A stretch of DNA of 63,691 nucleotides, counting the filler, from an uncultured bacterium (lineage in GTDB: Bacteria; CAYJRR01), in the NCBI GenBank assembly GCA_964372275.1. It is 3 parts of 3 records of this genome, joined end to end, with 100 filler letters (N's around TTAATTAATTAA, not from the genome) between each part and the next. Parts side by side here need not be neighbours in the genome. Positions count along the whole stretch, not along the records: positions 22,623 to 44,410 come from CAYJRR010000078.1; positions 44,511 to 63,691 come from CAYJRR010000088.1; 1 more part is not named here. The stretch is one strand, 5' to 3'. Made by a program: the position numbers and the translations under genes. Under the pieces are notes generated by a model, which saw nothing but the letters and a program-made list of their open reading frames with translations, had not been told where the DNA came from and did no database searches. This document shows, piece by piece, positions 40,230 through 49,545 of the stretch (position 1 is its first letter; the number at the start of each line of letters is the position of its first letter).

Positions 40230-41222
40230 ATGAGGGCCCTCGTCACCGGCGCCAGCGGATTCGTCGGCTCGCATCTCTGCGAGGCCCTCGTCGCCGCCGG
40301 CGACTCGGTCCGAGCCTTCCTCCGCCGGCCGCTGGAGGCGCCCTGGCTCGCGGGGGTCGCGACCGTCCGCGGCGATCTCGACGATCCGGCATCCCTCGCC
40401 GCGGCGATGACCGGCGTCGACGTCGTCTACCACGTGGCGGGGGTGACCAAGGCCCTCGACGAGGCGGCGTTCCGACGGACCAACGAACGAGGCGTCGCGA
40501 ACGTCGTCGAGGCGGCGGCGCGTTTCGCGACGCCGCCGGTCGTCGTACTGGTCTCCAGTTTGGCGGCGGCGGGTCCGTCACCGGACGCGCGGCGGCCACG
40601 GGATGAAACGGTTCCGCCGTCGCCACGGTCCGCCTACGGGCGCTCGAAACTCGCGGGCGAAGAGGTGGCGCGCCGCCGCGCCGCCGACCTCCCCTTGTCC
40701 ATCGTGCGGCCACCGATCGTCTACGGCCCGCGCGACAAGGACGTGCTCGAGCTGTTCCGCCTGGCGCGGCGGGGCATCGTCCCGCAGGTCGGCTTCTCCG
40801 AGAAACGGTTCAGCGCGGTCCACGTCGCCGATCTGGCCCGCGCCCTTCGACTCGCCGGCCGATCCGGCGAGCGGGTCGAAGGGGACACCCCTGGACGCGG
40901 CGTCTACTTCGTCAGCGACCTGTCGACCTGGAGCTGGCGTGACCTGGCCCACGCCGCCGGCGCGGGGCAGGGGCGCCGTCCATGGGTGCTCCCGCTGCCC
41001 GCGTCGCTCTCCTTCGCCGCCGGAGTCGTCGGCGAGATCGTCGGCCGAGCGACCGGCCGCCCGTGGATCGTCAACCTCGACAAGGCGCGGGAGGGACGCG
41101 CCGCCCACTGGACCTGCGACGCCGGCAAGGCCGCCGCCCAACTCGGATTCACTCCGCACTTCCGGGTGCCGGAGGGTTTTGCCGACACGGCGAACGTCTA
41201 CCGCGCCAGCGGCTGGCTCTGA
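40230..41222 (+). CDS. NAD-dependent epimerase/dehydratase (extended SDR), candidate ceramide reductase CerR
   Basis: TGASGFVG, HVAGVTKA, VSSLAAAGP, YGRSK, RPPIVYGPRD. Confidence 0.85.
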   Translation: MRALVTGASGFVGSHLCEALVAAGDSVRAFLRRPLEAPWLAGVATVRGDLDDPASLAAAMTGVDVVYHVAGVTKALDEAAFRRTNERGVANVVEAAARFATPPVVVLVSSLAAAGPSPDARRPRDETVPPSPRSAYGRSKLAGEEVARRRAADLPLSIVRPPIVYGPRDKDVLELFRLARRGIVPQVGFSEKRFSAVHVADLARALRLAGRSGERVEGDTPGRGVYFVSDLSTWSWRDLAHAAGAGQGRRPWVLPLPASLSFAAGVVGEIVGRATGRPWIVNLDKAREGRAAHWTCDAGKAAAQLGFTPHFRVPEGFADTANVYRASGWL

Positions 41223-41275
41223 CCGGCGACGGCCGTCTCCTTTCCGTCCCCGGCAGCCGGCGGTAGAACGGACGC

Positions 41276-42520
41276 GTGCGGGAGTTCGACTTCGTCATCG
41301 TCGGCGGCGGCGTCACGGGGGTCGCGCTGGCGCGGGCGCTGGCCGGCCGGGGGAAGCGGCGCATTGCCGTGCTCGAAAAGGAGCCGCGGGTCGCGGCGCA
41401 CGCCAGCGGACGCAACAGCGGCGTGCTCCATGCCGGGTACAATCCGCGTCCGGGCACGTTGAAGGCGCGGCTGTGTGTCGAGGGGAACCGGCTCGCCAAG
41501 GAGTTCTGCCACGGACGCGGCGTGGCGGTGGTCGAAGGGGGGATCCTGATCGTCGCGCTCGACGACGCCGAGGCCCGGCGACTCGAGGAGCTGCACGCGC
41601 GCGGGACGGCGAACGGGGTTCCGGGCTTGGAACTACTGGATGGATCCGGACTGCGCGCGGTCGAGCCCAACGCGGCGGGGATCGCCGCGCTGCGCGCTCC
41701 GAGCGGCGCGTCGGTCGACGCAGTCGGATACGTCGAATCGCTGGCGGGCGATGCGCGCGACCGCGGCGTGGAGATCGTGACGGGACACCGCGTCGTCCGG
41801 ATCGAGCGAGGCGGCGGCGGTTTCGAGATCGCGGCGCAGCGTGTGGCCGGGCCTCGATCCGGCGCGGGGGGCGCGCCCGCGGAGGAGCGGGTTCGCGCGG
41901 CGGTGCTGGTGAACTGCGCCGGTCTGTTCGCCGATCGTCTGGCGCACGCGCTCGACGCCGGTCGGGACTACTCCCTGGTTCCGATCCGCGGCGAATATCG
42001 CCGGGCGGCCGCGGCACGCGCCGACCTGGTGCGTTCGATGGTCTACCCCGTCCCCGACCTCGAGTTCCCGTTCCTCGGCGTGCACTGGACCCGGACGTTC
42101 CGCGGCGAGTTGCTCGTCGGTCCGAACGCCGTGCCGGCGCTCGGACGCGAGGCCTATCGATGGCGCGAGTCGTCGATCGCCGGTGCGCTGGAGACGGCCT
42201 CCCACCCCCAGAGCTGGCGGCTGCTGCGCGATGCGCGAGTGCGGCGTCTGTTCGCCGACCAGGTCGCCGTCTCCCTGCGGCCCTCGCTCTTCGCGCGACG
42301 CGCGGCGGCGCTCGTTCCGTCGATCGGTCCGGCCGACCTGCTCCCCGGCCCGTCCGGAATCCGCGCGCAGCTGGTCGACCGCCAGGGGCGGATGGTGGAG
42401 GACCTCCTGGTCGAGAGCCGCGACGGGGCGCACCACGTCCTGAACGTCGTCTCGCCGGGACTCACCTGCTCCCTCCCATTCGCCGACCTGCTGGCGGAGA
42501 GGGTCGCGCTAGAATCGTAG
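41276..42520 (+). CDS. lhgO: L-2-hydroxyglutarate oxidase family FAD enzyme
   Basis: GGGVTG, HASGRNSGVLHAG, YPVPD..FPFLGVH, GIRAQ, SPGLT. Confidence 0.88.
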   Translation: MREFDFVIVGGGVTGVALARALAGRGKRRIAVLEKEPRVAAHASGRNSGVLHAGYNPRPGTLKARLCVEGNRLAKEFCHGRGVAVVEGGILIVALDDAEARRLEELHARGTANGVPGLELLDGSGLRAVEPNAAGIAALRAPSGASVDAVGYVESLAGDARDRGVEIVTGHRVVRIERGGGGFEIAAQRVAGPRSGAGGAPAEERVRAAVLVNCAGLFADRLAHALDAGRDYSLVPIRGEYRRAAAARADLVRSMVYPVPDLEFPFLGVHWTRTFRGELLVGPNAVPALGREAYRWRESSIAGALETASHPQSWRLLRDARVRRLFADQVAVSLRPSLFARRAAALVPSIGPADLLPGPSGIRAQLVDRQGRMVEDLLVESRDGAHHVLNVVSPGLTCSLPFADLLAERVALES

Positions 42521-42522
42521 AC

Positions 42523-43875
42523 GTGGCGGGGGACCTGATCACGCCGGCGGACGTCCCGAAGGCCGTCCCGCTCGGCAACCTGCAAGGGGTCGACGTGTCG
42601 GCGGAAGAGGGCTACCTCCTCTCGCGCATCGACGGTCGCACCGACGTCGGCACGCTGGTCGCGCTGGTGGGATGGGGGCGTGAGAAGACGCTCGTCCTCC
42701 TCGAGGCCCTTCTCCGGAAACACCTGGTCAACTTCGATCGGCCGGAGATCTCGGAGGCGGTGCTGGGGCGGGCGAAGCCGAGGGTCCTGGTGGCGCCGGC
42801 GCCGGCGCCCGCGGGAAGGGCGGACGACCCGGCCGGCGGATCGTCCGGCGCCGCGGCGGCACCGCCGCCGGCGGTTGGCCCGACGTTGGCGGTGATCGGA
42901 CCTTCGATCGATCCATCGACGATCGAGAAGGTTCCGGAGCTGGAACCGGAGCGTTGTCTCGAGGTGCTCTACTGGCAGCGACAGGTGACGCAGGCGAAGA
43001 GCCGCTACGGGATCCTCGGCATCCCCGACGGCGCCGACGTCAAGGCGGTGAAGCGCGAGTACCGCCTTCTCGCGCTCAAGTTCCACCCCGACAAGTACTT
43101 CCGCAAGGAGATCGGCGGCTACCGGACGATCATCGAGCAGGGCTGGCAAAAGGTGCAGGAGGCCTACGAGTTCTTGAGCGACCCGGAGGACAAGGCCGCC
43201 TACGACGCCGAGCTCCTGGGCCGCGGCACGGAACTGATCCTGGAGCCGGCCGGGTCTGCCGCCGGCTCGGGGACCGCCGCGGGCGGCGACGCCTCCACCG
43301 GGCGGCGCGTCGAATCGCCGATGGAGCGGAAGCTCAAGGCCGAGGTCGAAGCGCGGATCCAGCGCGCGAGGGCGCTGCTCGAGCAGGCGCAGGCCGACTT
43401 CCGCGAACGGCGCTTCGGCGCCGTCGACGCCAACCTGCGCATGGCACGGCAGTTCGATCCGCGAAACGAGCAGATCGCCGCCTACTACGCCGAGGTGCGG
43501 GACGTGCTCGAGGCGAACCTGGTGGGGGCCGCGCTGAAGAAGGCCGAGGCGCTCTCGCAGGGGCTCGATCCGATGGCGGCGTTGCCGGAGTTCGAGCGCG
43601 CGCTGGCGCTCTTCCCGGACAACCTGGACGCCAACCGATCGCTGGGCTTCTTCCTGCTCGGCAACGGGGGGGACTACAAGCGCGCCCGGGACTGCCTCCA
43701 GAAGGTCGTCTCCCGCCGGCCGCGGGACGTCCGCGCATTCGTGGGGATGGCGCGCTGTTCGCGCCTCCTCGGACAGAAGGCCGCCGCCGAGCGACTCCTG
43801 GACCAGGCCAAGGCGGTCGATCCAAAGGACGCCGGGATCGCGGAGGAGTTGAAGGAGCTGCAAAAACTCGCGTAG
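42523..43875 (+). CDS. J-domain protein with N-terminal winged-helix-like module and C-terminal TPRs
   Basis: EGYLLSRIDG; J domain YGILG...LKFHPDKY...AYEFLSDP; TPR helices. Confidence 0.88.
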   Translation: MAGDLITPADVPKAVPLGNLQGVDVSAEEGYLLSRIDGRTDVGTLVALVGWGREKTLVLLEALLRKHLVNFDRPEISEAVLGRAKPRVLVAPAPAPAGRADDPAGGSSGAAAAPPPAVGPTLAVIGPSIDPSTIEKVPELEPERCLEVLYWQRQVTQAKSRYGILGIPDGADVKAVKREYRLLALKFHPDKYFRKEIGGYRTIIEQGWQKVQEAYEFLSDPEDKAAYDAELLGRGTELILEPAGSAAGSGTAAGGDASTGRRVESPMERKLKAEVEARIQRARALLEQAQADFRERRFGAVDANLRMARQFDPRNEQIAAYYAEVRDVLEANLVGAALKKAEALSQGLDPMAALPEFERALALFPDNLDANRSLGFFLLGNGGDYKRARDCLQKVVSRRPRDVRAFVGMARCSRLLGQKAAAERLLDQAKAVDPKDAGIAEELKELQKLA

Positions 43876-43890
43876 CCTTGGGGTCGCTCC

Positions 43891-44410
43891 ATGGAACGGG
43901 TCATCGGGATCGACCTCGGGACGACCTACTCCTGCGTCTCCGTGATGGAGCGCGGGCAGCCGGTCGTCATCCCCAACAAAGGGGGCTACAAGACGACGCC
44001 GTCGATCGTCGCCGTGACCGAGACCGGCAAGCGCCTGGTCGGGCACATCGCCCGCCGGCAGATGATCACCAACGCCAAGAACACGATCGTCGCGGCGAAG
44101 CGGCTGATCGGGCGGAAGTTCGACTCCGCGGAGGTGCGGCACACGATGGTGTCGTGCGCCTACGAGGTGGTGCAGGGCCCCCACGGCGACGTCCGCGTGA
44201 AGCTCGGCGAAAGGATGCTGTCGTTGCCGGAGGTGTCGGCCATCGTCCTCCAGGAGATGAAGCGGATCGCCTGCGACTATCTGGGACAGGAAGTCACCAA
44301 GGCGGTGGTGACCGTACCGGCGTACTTCAACGACAGCCAGCGCCAGGCGACGAAGGACGCGGGCAAGATCGCGGGGCTCGACATCCTGCGCATCATCAAC
44401 GAGCCGACCG
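43891..44410 (+). CDS. dnaK: Hsp70/DnaK paralog, 3' truncated
   Basis: [39 protein letters not shown]. Confidence 0.93.
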
Positions 44411-44510
44411 NNNNNNNNNNNNNNNNNNNNNNNNNNNNNNNNNNNNNNNNNNNNTTAATTAATTAANNNNNNNNNNNNNNNNNNNNNNNNNNNNNNNNNN
44501 NNNNNNNNNN
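44411..44510. other. Artificial contig spacer
   Basis: 44 N + TTAATTAATTAA + 44 N. Confidence 0.97.
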
Positions 44511-44539
44511 TGGCGTAGAATGGAGGGCCGGGGGGTCCC

Positions 44540-46459
44540 ATGGCGCGCGCCGCGGTCGTGGTCTTGCTCGGGATCGTGCTGGGCGGATGCTCGGGCCAAG
44601 CCAATCCACCCAACGACGCCACCCCTCCGAACGACTTCTCCGTCTCGGGAAACGTGCAGAAGGGTCCGTACGTGCGCGACACGACGGTCTCGATCCAGGA
44701 GCTGCGCGACGACCTCTCCCCCAACGGGCGCTACTACGAGCTGCAGATCGAGGACGACCTCGGGTCGTTTCCGCTCCTTACCGGACTTCAGAGTCCCTAC
44801 GTCGAGATCCACGCCGACGGGTACTACTACGACGAGGTCGGCGGAGCGCTCGCCAGCGGAACGCTGAACCTGCGCGCGATCGCCGATCTCTCGGACGGGG
44901 GGACGGTCGGGAACTTGAACGTGCTGACGACTCTGGAGAAGCACCGGGTGGTGAACCTGGTCGCCGGCGGGGCGACGGTCGCCGAGGCGAAGGTCCAGGC
45001 GCAGTCCGAGATCCTCGCGGTGTTCGGGATCGACGGCACCGGCATGCCCGCGTCGGAGGAGCTGAACATCGCCCAGGCCGGGGACGCCAACGCCGCGCTC
45101 CTCGCCATTTCGGCCGTGCTCCTCGAAGCGGCCTGGCAGGCATCGATCAATGGCGCGCAGGTGACCGCCAACCTCTCGGCGCTGATCGGCAGCGTGAGCA
45201 ACGACCTGGACGAGGACGGTACGCTCGACGATCCCGACGTGGAGCTCCAGCTCCTGCGCGCCGCGAGCTACGTCGACCTGGAGCAGGTTCGGGAGAACCT
45301 CGAGACCCGGTACGCGGAGCTGGGTGCCGAGGTGACGATTCCGTCGTTCGAGGCCTACGTCGACAGCGACGGCGACGGGATTCCGAACGGGGAGGACGAT
45401 CCGGTTCCCTCCTCGGTCCCCGCCGGGACGATCCTCATGGGCCGTTACGATACCTCCGCGGTGCTGCTCGGAAACGGCCTGGTCCTGATCGCCGGAGGCT
45501 CCGTTCCCGGCGCAGACTACGCCAATCGTACGCGGGCCGAGCTGTTCAATCCGGTGACCGAGACGTCGCAGAACACCACCGGAAACATGGCGCACTTCCG
45601 CGGTTACCCGTCGCATGCCCGGGTACTGGCCAACGGAAAGGTGCTGATCGTCGGAGGATCGACCGACAGCAACGGGCAGGCGGAGCTTTTCGATCCCGCG
45701 ACCGGGACGTTCTCCGGGCTCACCGGTTTCAACGACTACAACCAGTACGTCCAGCCCTTCACCGCAACCGCGCTCCTGGACGGCCGAGTGCTGATCGTCC
45801 GGTCGAACTACTACGGATACGGCTCGGAGATCTTCGACGGCAGCGACAACTCCTACACGCCGACGACGGGCAGCCTTCCGAGCACCCACGGCAACCTGTT
45901 CAAGGACCACGCGGCCGTCCGGTTACTGGACGGCCGCGTCCTGATCGCCGGCGGCGCCGACGTGGCCGGCGGCGTGCCGGCCCGGCACGCGGCCCTGTTC
46001 AATCCGGCCGACCAGCAGTGGACGGTTCTCGACAACGCGCTCGCCGTCGCTCGATCGAAACACACGATGACGGTGCTTGCGGACGGCCGCGTCCTGCTCG
46101 CGGGAGGATTCACCACCGCCAGTCAGACGACACCGAAGCTGGAGCTGTTCGTTCCGCTGACGAACTCCTTCGCGCTCGTCGATGATGAACTCGCGTATCC
46201 GCGCTACTACCACACCTCCACCCGACTTCCGAACGGGCACGTGCTGATCGCCGGCGGCATGAACGGATCGGATCCCGACGTGTCGGCCGTGTCGGAGGTG
46301 TTCGATCCTCTGCTCGGGCGCGTCTACCGGCTCTCCAACCGGCTTCTCTCGCCGCGCAACCGGCACGCGGCGGTGGCCGCTCCCGACGGATCGGTGCTCT
46401 TGTTCGGCGGGTCGGGGACGGGGATCGGATTCCCCTTGGGGGTCGAGCGCGTCAAGTAG
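44540..46459 (+). CDS. Lipoprotein with C-terminal Kelch/galactose-oxidase-type propeller
   Basis: Lipobox LGGC; N-terminal VQKGPY domain; repeated L.DGRVLIAGG...AELFDP blades. Confidence 0.88.
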   Translation: MARAAVVVLLGIVLGGCSGQANPPNDATPPNDFSVSGNVQKGPYVRDTTVSIQELRDDLSPNGRYYELQIEDDLGSFPLLTGLQSPYVEIHADGYYYDEVGGALASGTLNLRAIADLSDGGTVGNLNVLTTLEKHRVVNLVAGGATVAEAKVQAQSEILAVFGIDGTGMPASEELNIAQAGDANAALLAISAVLLEAAWQASINGAQVTANLSALIGSVSNDLDEDGTLDDPDVELQLLRAASYVDLEQVRENLETRYAELGAEVTIPSFEAYVDSDGDGIPNGEDDPVPSSVPAGTILMGRYDTSAVLLGNGLVLIAGGSVPGADYANRTRAELFNPVTETSQNTTGNMAHFRGYPSHARVLANGKVLIVGGSTDSNGQAELFDPATGTFSGLTGFNDYNQYVQPFTATALLDGRVLIVRSNYYGYGSEIFDGSDNSYTPTTGSLPSTHGNLFKDHAAVRLLDGRVLIAGGADVAGGVPARHAALFNPADQQWTVLDNALAVARSKHTMTVLADGRVLLAGGFTTASQTTPKLELFVPLTNSFALVDDELAYPRYYHTSTRLPNGHVLIAGGMNGSDPDVSAVSEVFDPLLGRVYRLSNRLLSPRNRHAAVAAPDGSVLLFGGSGTGIGFPLGVERVK

Positions 46460-46533
46460 CGCGTTGCCACCCCCGCCCGAGCGCCCGGGGCGGCCGCCTC
46501 GACCGCGGGCGCTCCGGCTCTATCGGCGGCACC

Positions 46534-47862
46534 GTGGCCGAAGATCCGCACGTCGTGATCGTCGGCGGGGGATTCGGCGGGCTCGCCGTCGCGCGCCGGC
46601 TGAAGCGCCAGCCCGTGCGCGTGACGATCGTCGATCGCCGAAACCACCACCTGTTCCAGCCGCTCCTCTACCAAGTCGCCGCGGGGGCGCTGAGCCCGGG
46701 CGAAATCGCGATGCCGATCCGCCGGATCGTCCGCCGCCAGCGGAACGCCGAGGTGGTCCTCGGAACGGCGGTGGCGGTCGACGTTCCGCGCCGGGTGCTG
46801 GTCCTCGAGGACGGCGAGATCGGCTACGACCTGCTGGTCCTCGCCGTCGGCGCCACGCACGCCTACTTCGGACACGACGACTGGGCGCGCGTCGCGCCGG
46901 GGCTCAAGACCCTCGAGGATGCCCTGGCCCTGCGCAACCGGATCCTGACCGCCTTCGAAGCCGCGGAGCGCGAGGCCGATGCCGGCCGGCGCCGGGCGTG
47001 GCTCACCTTCGTGGTGATCGGCGGGGGGCCGACGGGGGTGGAGATGGCGGGGGCCCTGGCCGAGATCTCGCGTCGCGTGCTGCGGGCGGACTTTCGGCGG
47101 ATCGATCCGGCCGAATCGCGAATCGTCCTGGTCGAGGCCGGGCCCCGGATCCTCGCGACCTACGCGGAACGATCGTCCGCCCGGGCGGCAACCGCGCTGC
47201 GTGTCCGCGGAGTGGAGGTCGCGACGGACCGCCCGGTGACCGACGTCGACGACCTCGGCGTCTCCATCGGACCGCGCCGGGTCGACTGCCGCACCGTGAT
47301 CTGGGCGGCCGGCGTCGCCGCCTCGCCGATCGCCCGGAGCCTCGGGTGCCCGCTCGATCGGGTCGGTCGGGTGTGGGTCGAGCCCGACCTGACGGTGCCC
47401 GGCCATCCGGAGATCTTCGTGATCGGCGATCTCGCCGCCGTTCCGCGCGGTCCCGCGTCGGGCGCGCGTCCCCCCGTGCTCGTGCCGGGAGTCGCGCCGG
47501 CGGCGATCCAGATGGGACGGTGGACCGCCGCCAACGTCGTTCGGAGGCTGGAGGGGCGTCCGCCCCGGCCGTTCCGCTATCGAGACAAGGGGGCGCTCGC
47601 CACGGTCGGACGCGCGGCGGCTGTGGCGGAGATCGGAGGGGCGCGGTTCGACGGACTCCCCGCGTGGATCGCGTGGCTCCTCGTCCACATCGTCTTCCTG
47701 ATCGGGTTCCGAAACCGCTTTCTGGTGCTGCTGCAGTGGGCCTGGATCTACTTCCGGTGGGAGAGCGGCGCGCGGCTGATCCTCGGTGAGCCGAGACGAC
47801 CGCGGTCGCATGCGCCGCCGGATCCGCCGTGGCGCGAGGAGCGGCCCTCGCCTACGCCGTGA
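46534..47862 (+). CDS. ndh: Type II NADH dehydrogenase
   Basis: GGGFGG, HLFQPLLYQVA, GGGPTGVEMAG, WAAGV, IGD, AIQMG, KGALATVGR. Confidence 0.93.
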   Translation: MAEDPHVVIVGGGFGGLAVARRLKRQPVRVTIVDRRNHHLFQPLLYQVAAGALSPGEIAMPIRRIVRRQRNAEVVLGTAVAVDVPRRVLVLEDGEIGYDLLVLAVGATHAYFGHDDWARVAPGLKTLEDALALRNRILTAFEAAEREADAGRRRAWLTFVVIGGGPTGVEMAGALAEISRRVLRADFRRIDPAESRIVLVEAGPRILATYAERSSARAATALRVRGVEVATDRPVTDVDDLGVSIGPRRVDCRTVIWAAGVAASPIARSLGCPLDRVGRVWVEPDLTVPGHPEIFVIGDLAAVPRGPASGARPPVLVPGVAPAAIQMGRWTAANVVRRLEGRPPRPFRYRDKGALATVGRAAAVAEIGGARFDGLPAWIAWLLVHIVFLIGFRNRFLVLLQWAWIYFRWESGARLILGEPRRPRSHAPPDPPWREERPSPTP

Positions 47863-48229
47863 AGGAGGACCCGCAGCCGCAGGTCTTGACGGCGTTCGGG
47901 TTGGTGAACTTGAAGCCGGCCCCCTGGAACCCGACGACGTAGTCGATCATCGTCCCCTTGAGGTACGGCGCCGACATCGGGTCGCAGTAGACCTTCACCC
48001 CTTCGATCTCCAGCACCAGGTCGCCGTCGCGGGCCTCGTTCTCGAAGTCGAGGCCGTACTGGTACCCCGAACACCCTCCGCCCACCACCGACACCCGGAT
48101 CCCGTGCTCGGGCAGGTTCTCCCGCACACGCGCCTCCTTGAACGCCTCGACCGCCTTGTTGGTGAGGGTCAGGATCTGCGGCACGGGGGCCGGCGCGGCG
48201 TCGGGGGTCTGGGTCTGGGTGTCGGCCAT
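47852..48229 (-). CDS. erpA: A-type Fe-S carrier (ErpA/IscA/HesB)
   Basis: GGGCSGYQY, FKFTNPNAVKTCGCGSSF. Confidence 0.93.
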   Translation of the reverse strand: MADTQTQTPDAAPAPVPQILTLTNKAVEAFKEARVRENLPEHGIRVSVVGGGCSGYQYGLDFENEARDGDLVLEIEGVKVYCDPMSAPYLKGTMIDYVVGFQGAGFKFTNPNAVKTCGCGSSFTA

Positions 48230-48312
48230 GTTGGCGCCTCGCAGAAGAAATAGTTCCTCACTACCAGTAGCGGACGGACCCCCAAAAGTCAACGGAGGGA
48301 TCCCGCCAGGCG

Positions 48313-48418
48313 AGTCGGACCGGATCGGATCGGATCGGTTCGGTTCGCTTCGGCTCGGCTCGGATCGGATCGGAACCCGTTACCGATCCGGATCGGATCC
48401 GATCCGGACGGATCCGGC
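48313..48418. repeat. CGGAT pentamer tandem/inverted repeat element (intergenic copy)
   Basis: CGGAT/CGGTT/CGGCT array, GTTACC core, then ATCCG units. Confidence 0.85.
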
Positions 48419-48433
48419 TATACTGCCCCGCTC

Positions 48434-49510
48434 ATGGCCTCCCGGGCGCTCCCGATCATCGACGGCATTCACGCGACCGCGCCGTCGCCGCCAGCCTCCG
48501 GCGCCCCCGAGGTCCGGCCCGGCGGACCCCTCGTCGATCCGTTCGGGCGCCGGATCGACTACCTGCGGGTCTCGGTCACCGACCGGTGCAACTTGCGCTG
48601 CCTCTACTGCATGCCGGCGGAGGGGATGACCTGGATCCCGCGCGAGGAGATCCTCACCTTCGAGGAGGTGTCGCGCGTCGTCCGGGTGATGGCCGAGTCC
48701 GGCGTGCGGCGGGTGCGGCTGACCGGCGGCGAACCGACGGTGCGGCGGGACCTGGTCGACCTGGTGCGCGCGCTCCGGCCGATCCCGGGCATCGAGGACC
48801 TCGCGCTCACCACCAACGGTCTCCTGCTCCGGTCGCTGGCCCGGCCGTTGGTCGAGGCGGGGATCACCCGCTTCAACGTCTCGCTCGACACGCTCGATCC
48901 GGATCGTTTCGCGCGGATCACCCGTGGCGGCGACCTGATGGCCGTCCTCGACGGGATCGATGCGGTGCTGGAGCTCGATCTCCGCCGCCCGACCAAGGTG
49001 AACTGCGTGGTGGTCGGCGGCGAGAACGAGGACGAGGCCCCGGCGCTGGTGCGGCGGTTCGCCGACCGCGACGTCGTCGTCCGCTTCATCGAGTTCATGC
49101 CGTTCGCCGACCACGACGGCTGGGCGGGGGGGCGCTACGTGCCGCTCTCGACGGTTCGCGAGCGGCTCGTCGAGTCGCTGGGGATCGTCCCCGGCGCCTC
49201 GGTCGTGGGCTCCGGCCCCGCCGAGTACTGGACCGTCCCCGGCGCACGGGCGAGGGTGGGATTCATCCACCCGGTCTCCGACCACTTCTGTGCGGCGTGC
49301 AACCGCGTGCGGCTGACCGCCACCGGAGAACTGCGCCCGTGCCTGGGGCACGTCGGCAGCACGCCGCTGGCGCCGCTGCTCCGCGGCGGCGGCGACGACG
49401 ACGCCCTTCGCCGGGCGATCGCGGCGGCCCTCGCCGCCAAGCCGGAGAAACACGACTTCGTCGAGAACCCGCGCGAGGAAAAGGGCGGCATGTCCGCCAT
49501 CGGCGGGTAG
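48434..49510 (+). CDS. moaA: GTP 3',8-cyclase
   Basis: YLRVSVTDRCNLRCLYCMP, LTGGEP, FCAACNRVR...PCL, C-terminal MSAIGG. Confidence 0.96.
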   Translation: MASRALPIIDGIHATAPSPPASGAPEVRPGGPLVDPFGRRIDYLRVSVTDRCNLRCLYCMPAEGMTWIPREEILTFEEVSRVVRVMAESGVRRVRLTGGEPTVRRDLVDLVRALRPIPGIEDLALTTNGLLLRSLARPLVEAGITRFNVSLDTLDPDRFARITRGGDLMAVLDGIDAVLELDLRRPTKVNCVVVGGENEDEAPALVRRFADRDVVVRFIEFMPFADHDGWAGGRYVPLSTVRERLVESLGIVPGASVVGSGPAEYWTVPGARARVGFIHPVSDHFCAACNRVRLTATGELRPCLGHVGSTPLAPLLRGGGDDDALRRAIAAALAAKPEKHDFVENPREEKGGMSAIGG

Positions 49511-49545
49511 GCGGGGGCAATCGCAGCGACATGGAGGTAATTCCG

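Noticed and set aside
48250-48292. Possible IscR/Rrf2 site upstream of erpA
   Set aside because: Only a weak CTAC/GTAG dyad; not distinguishable from promoter sequence
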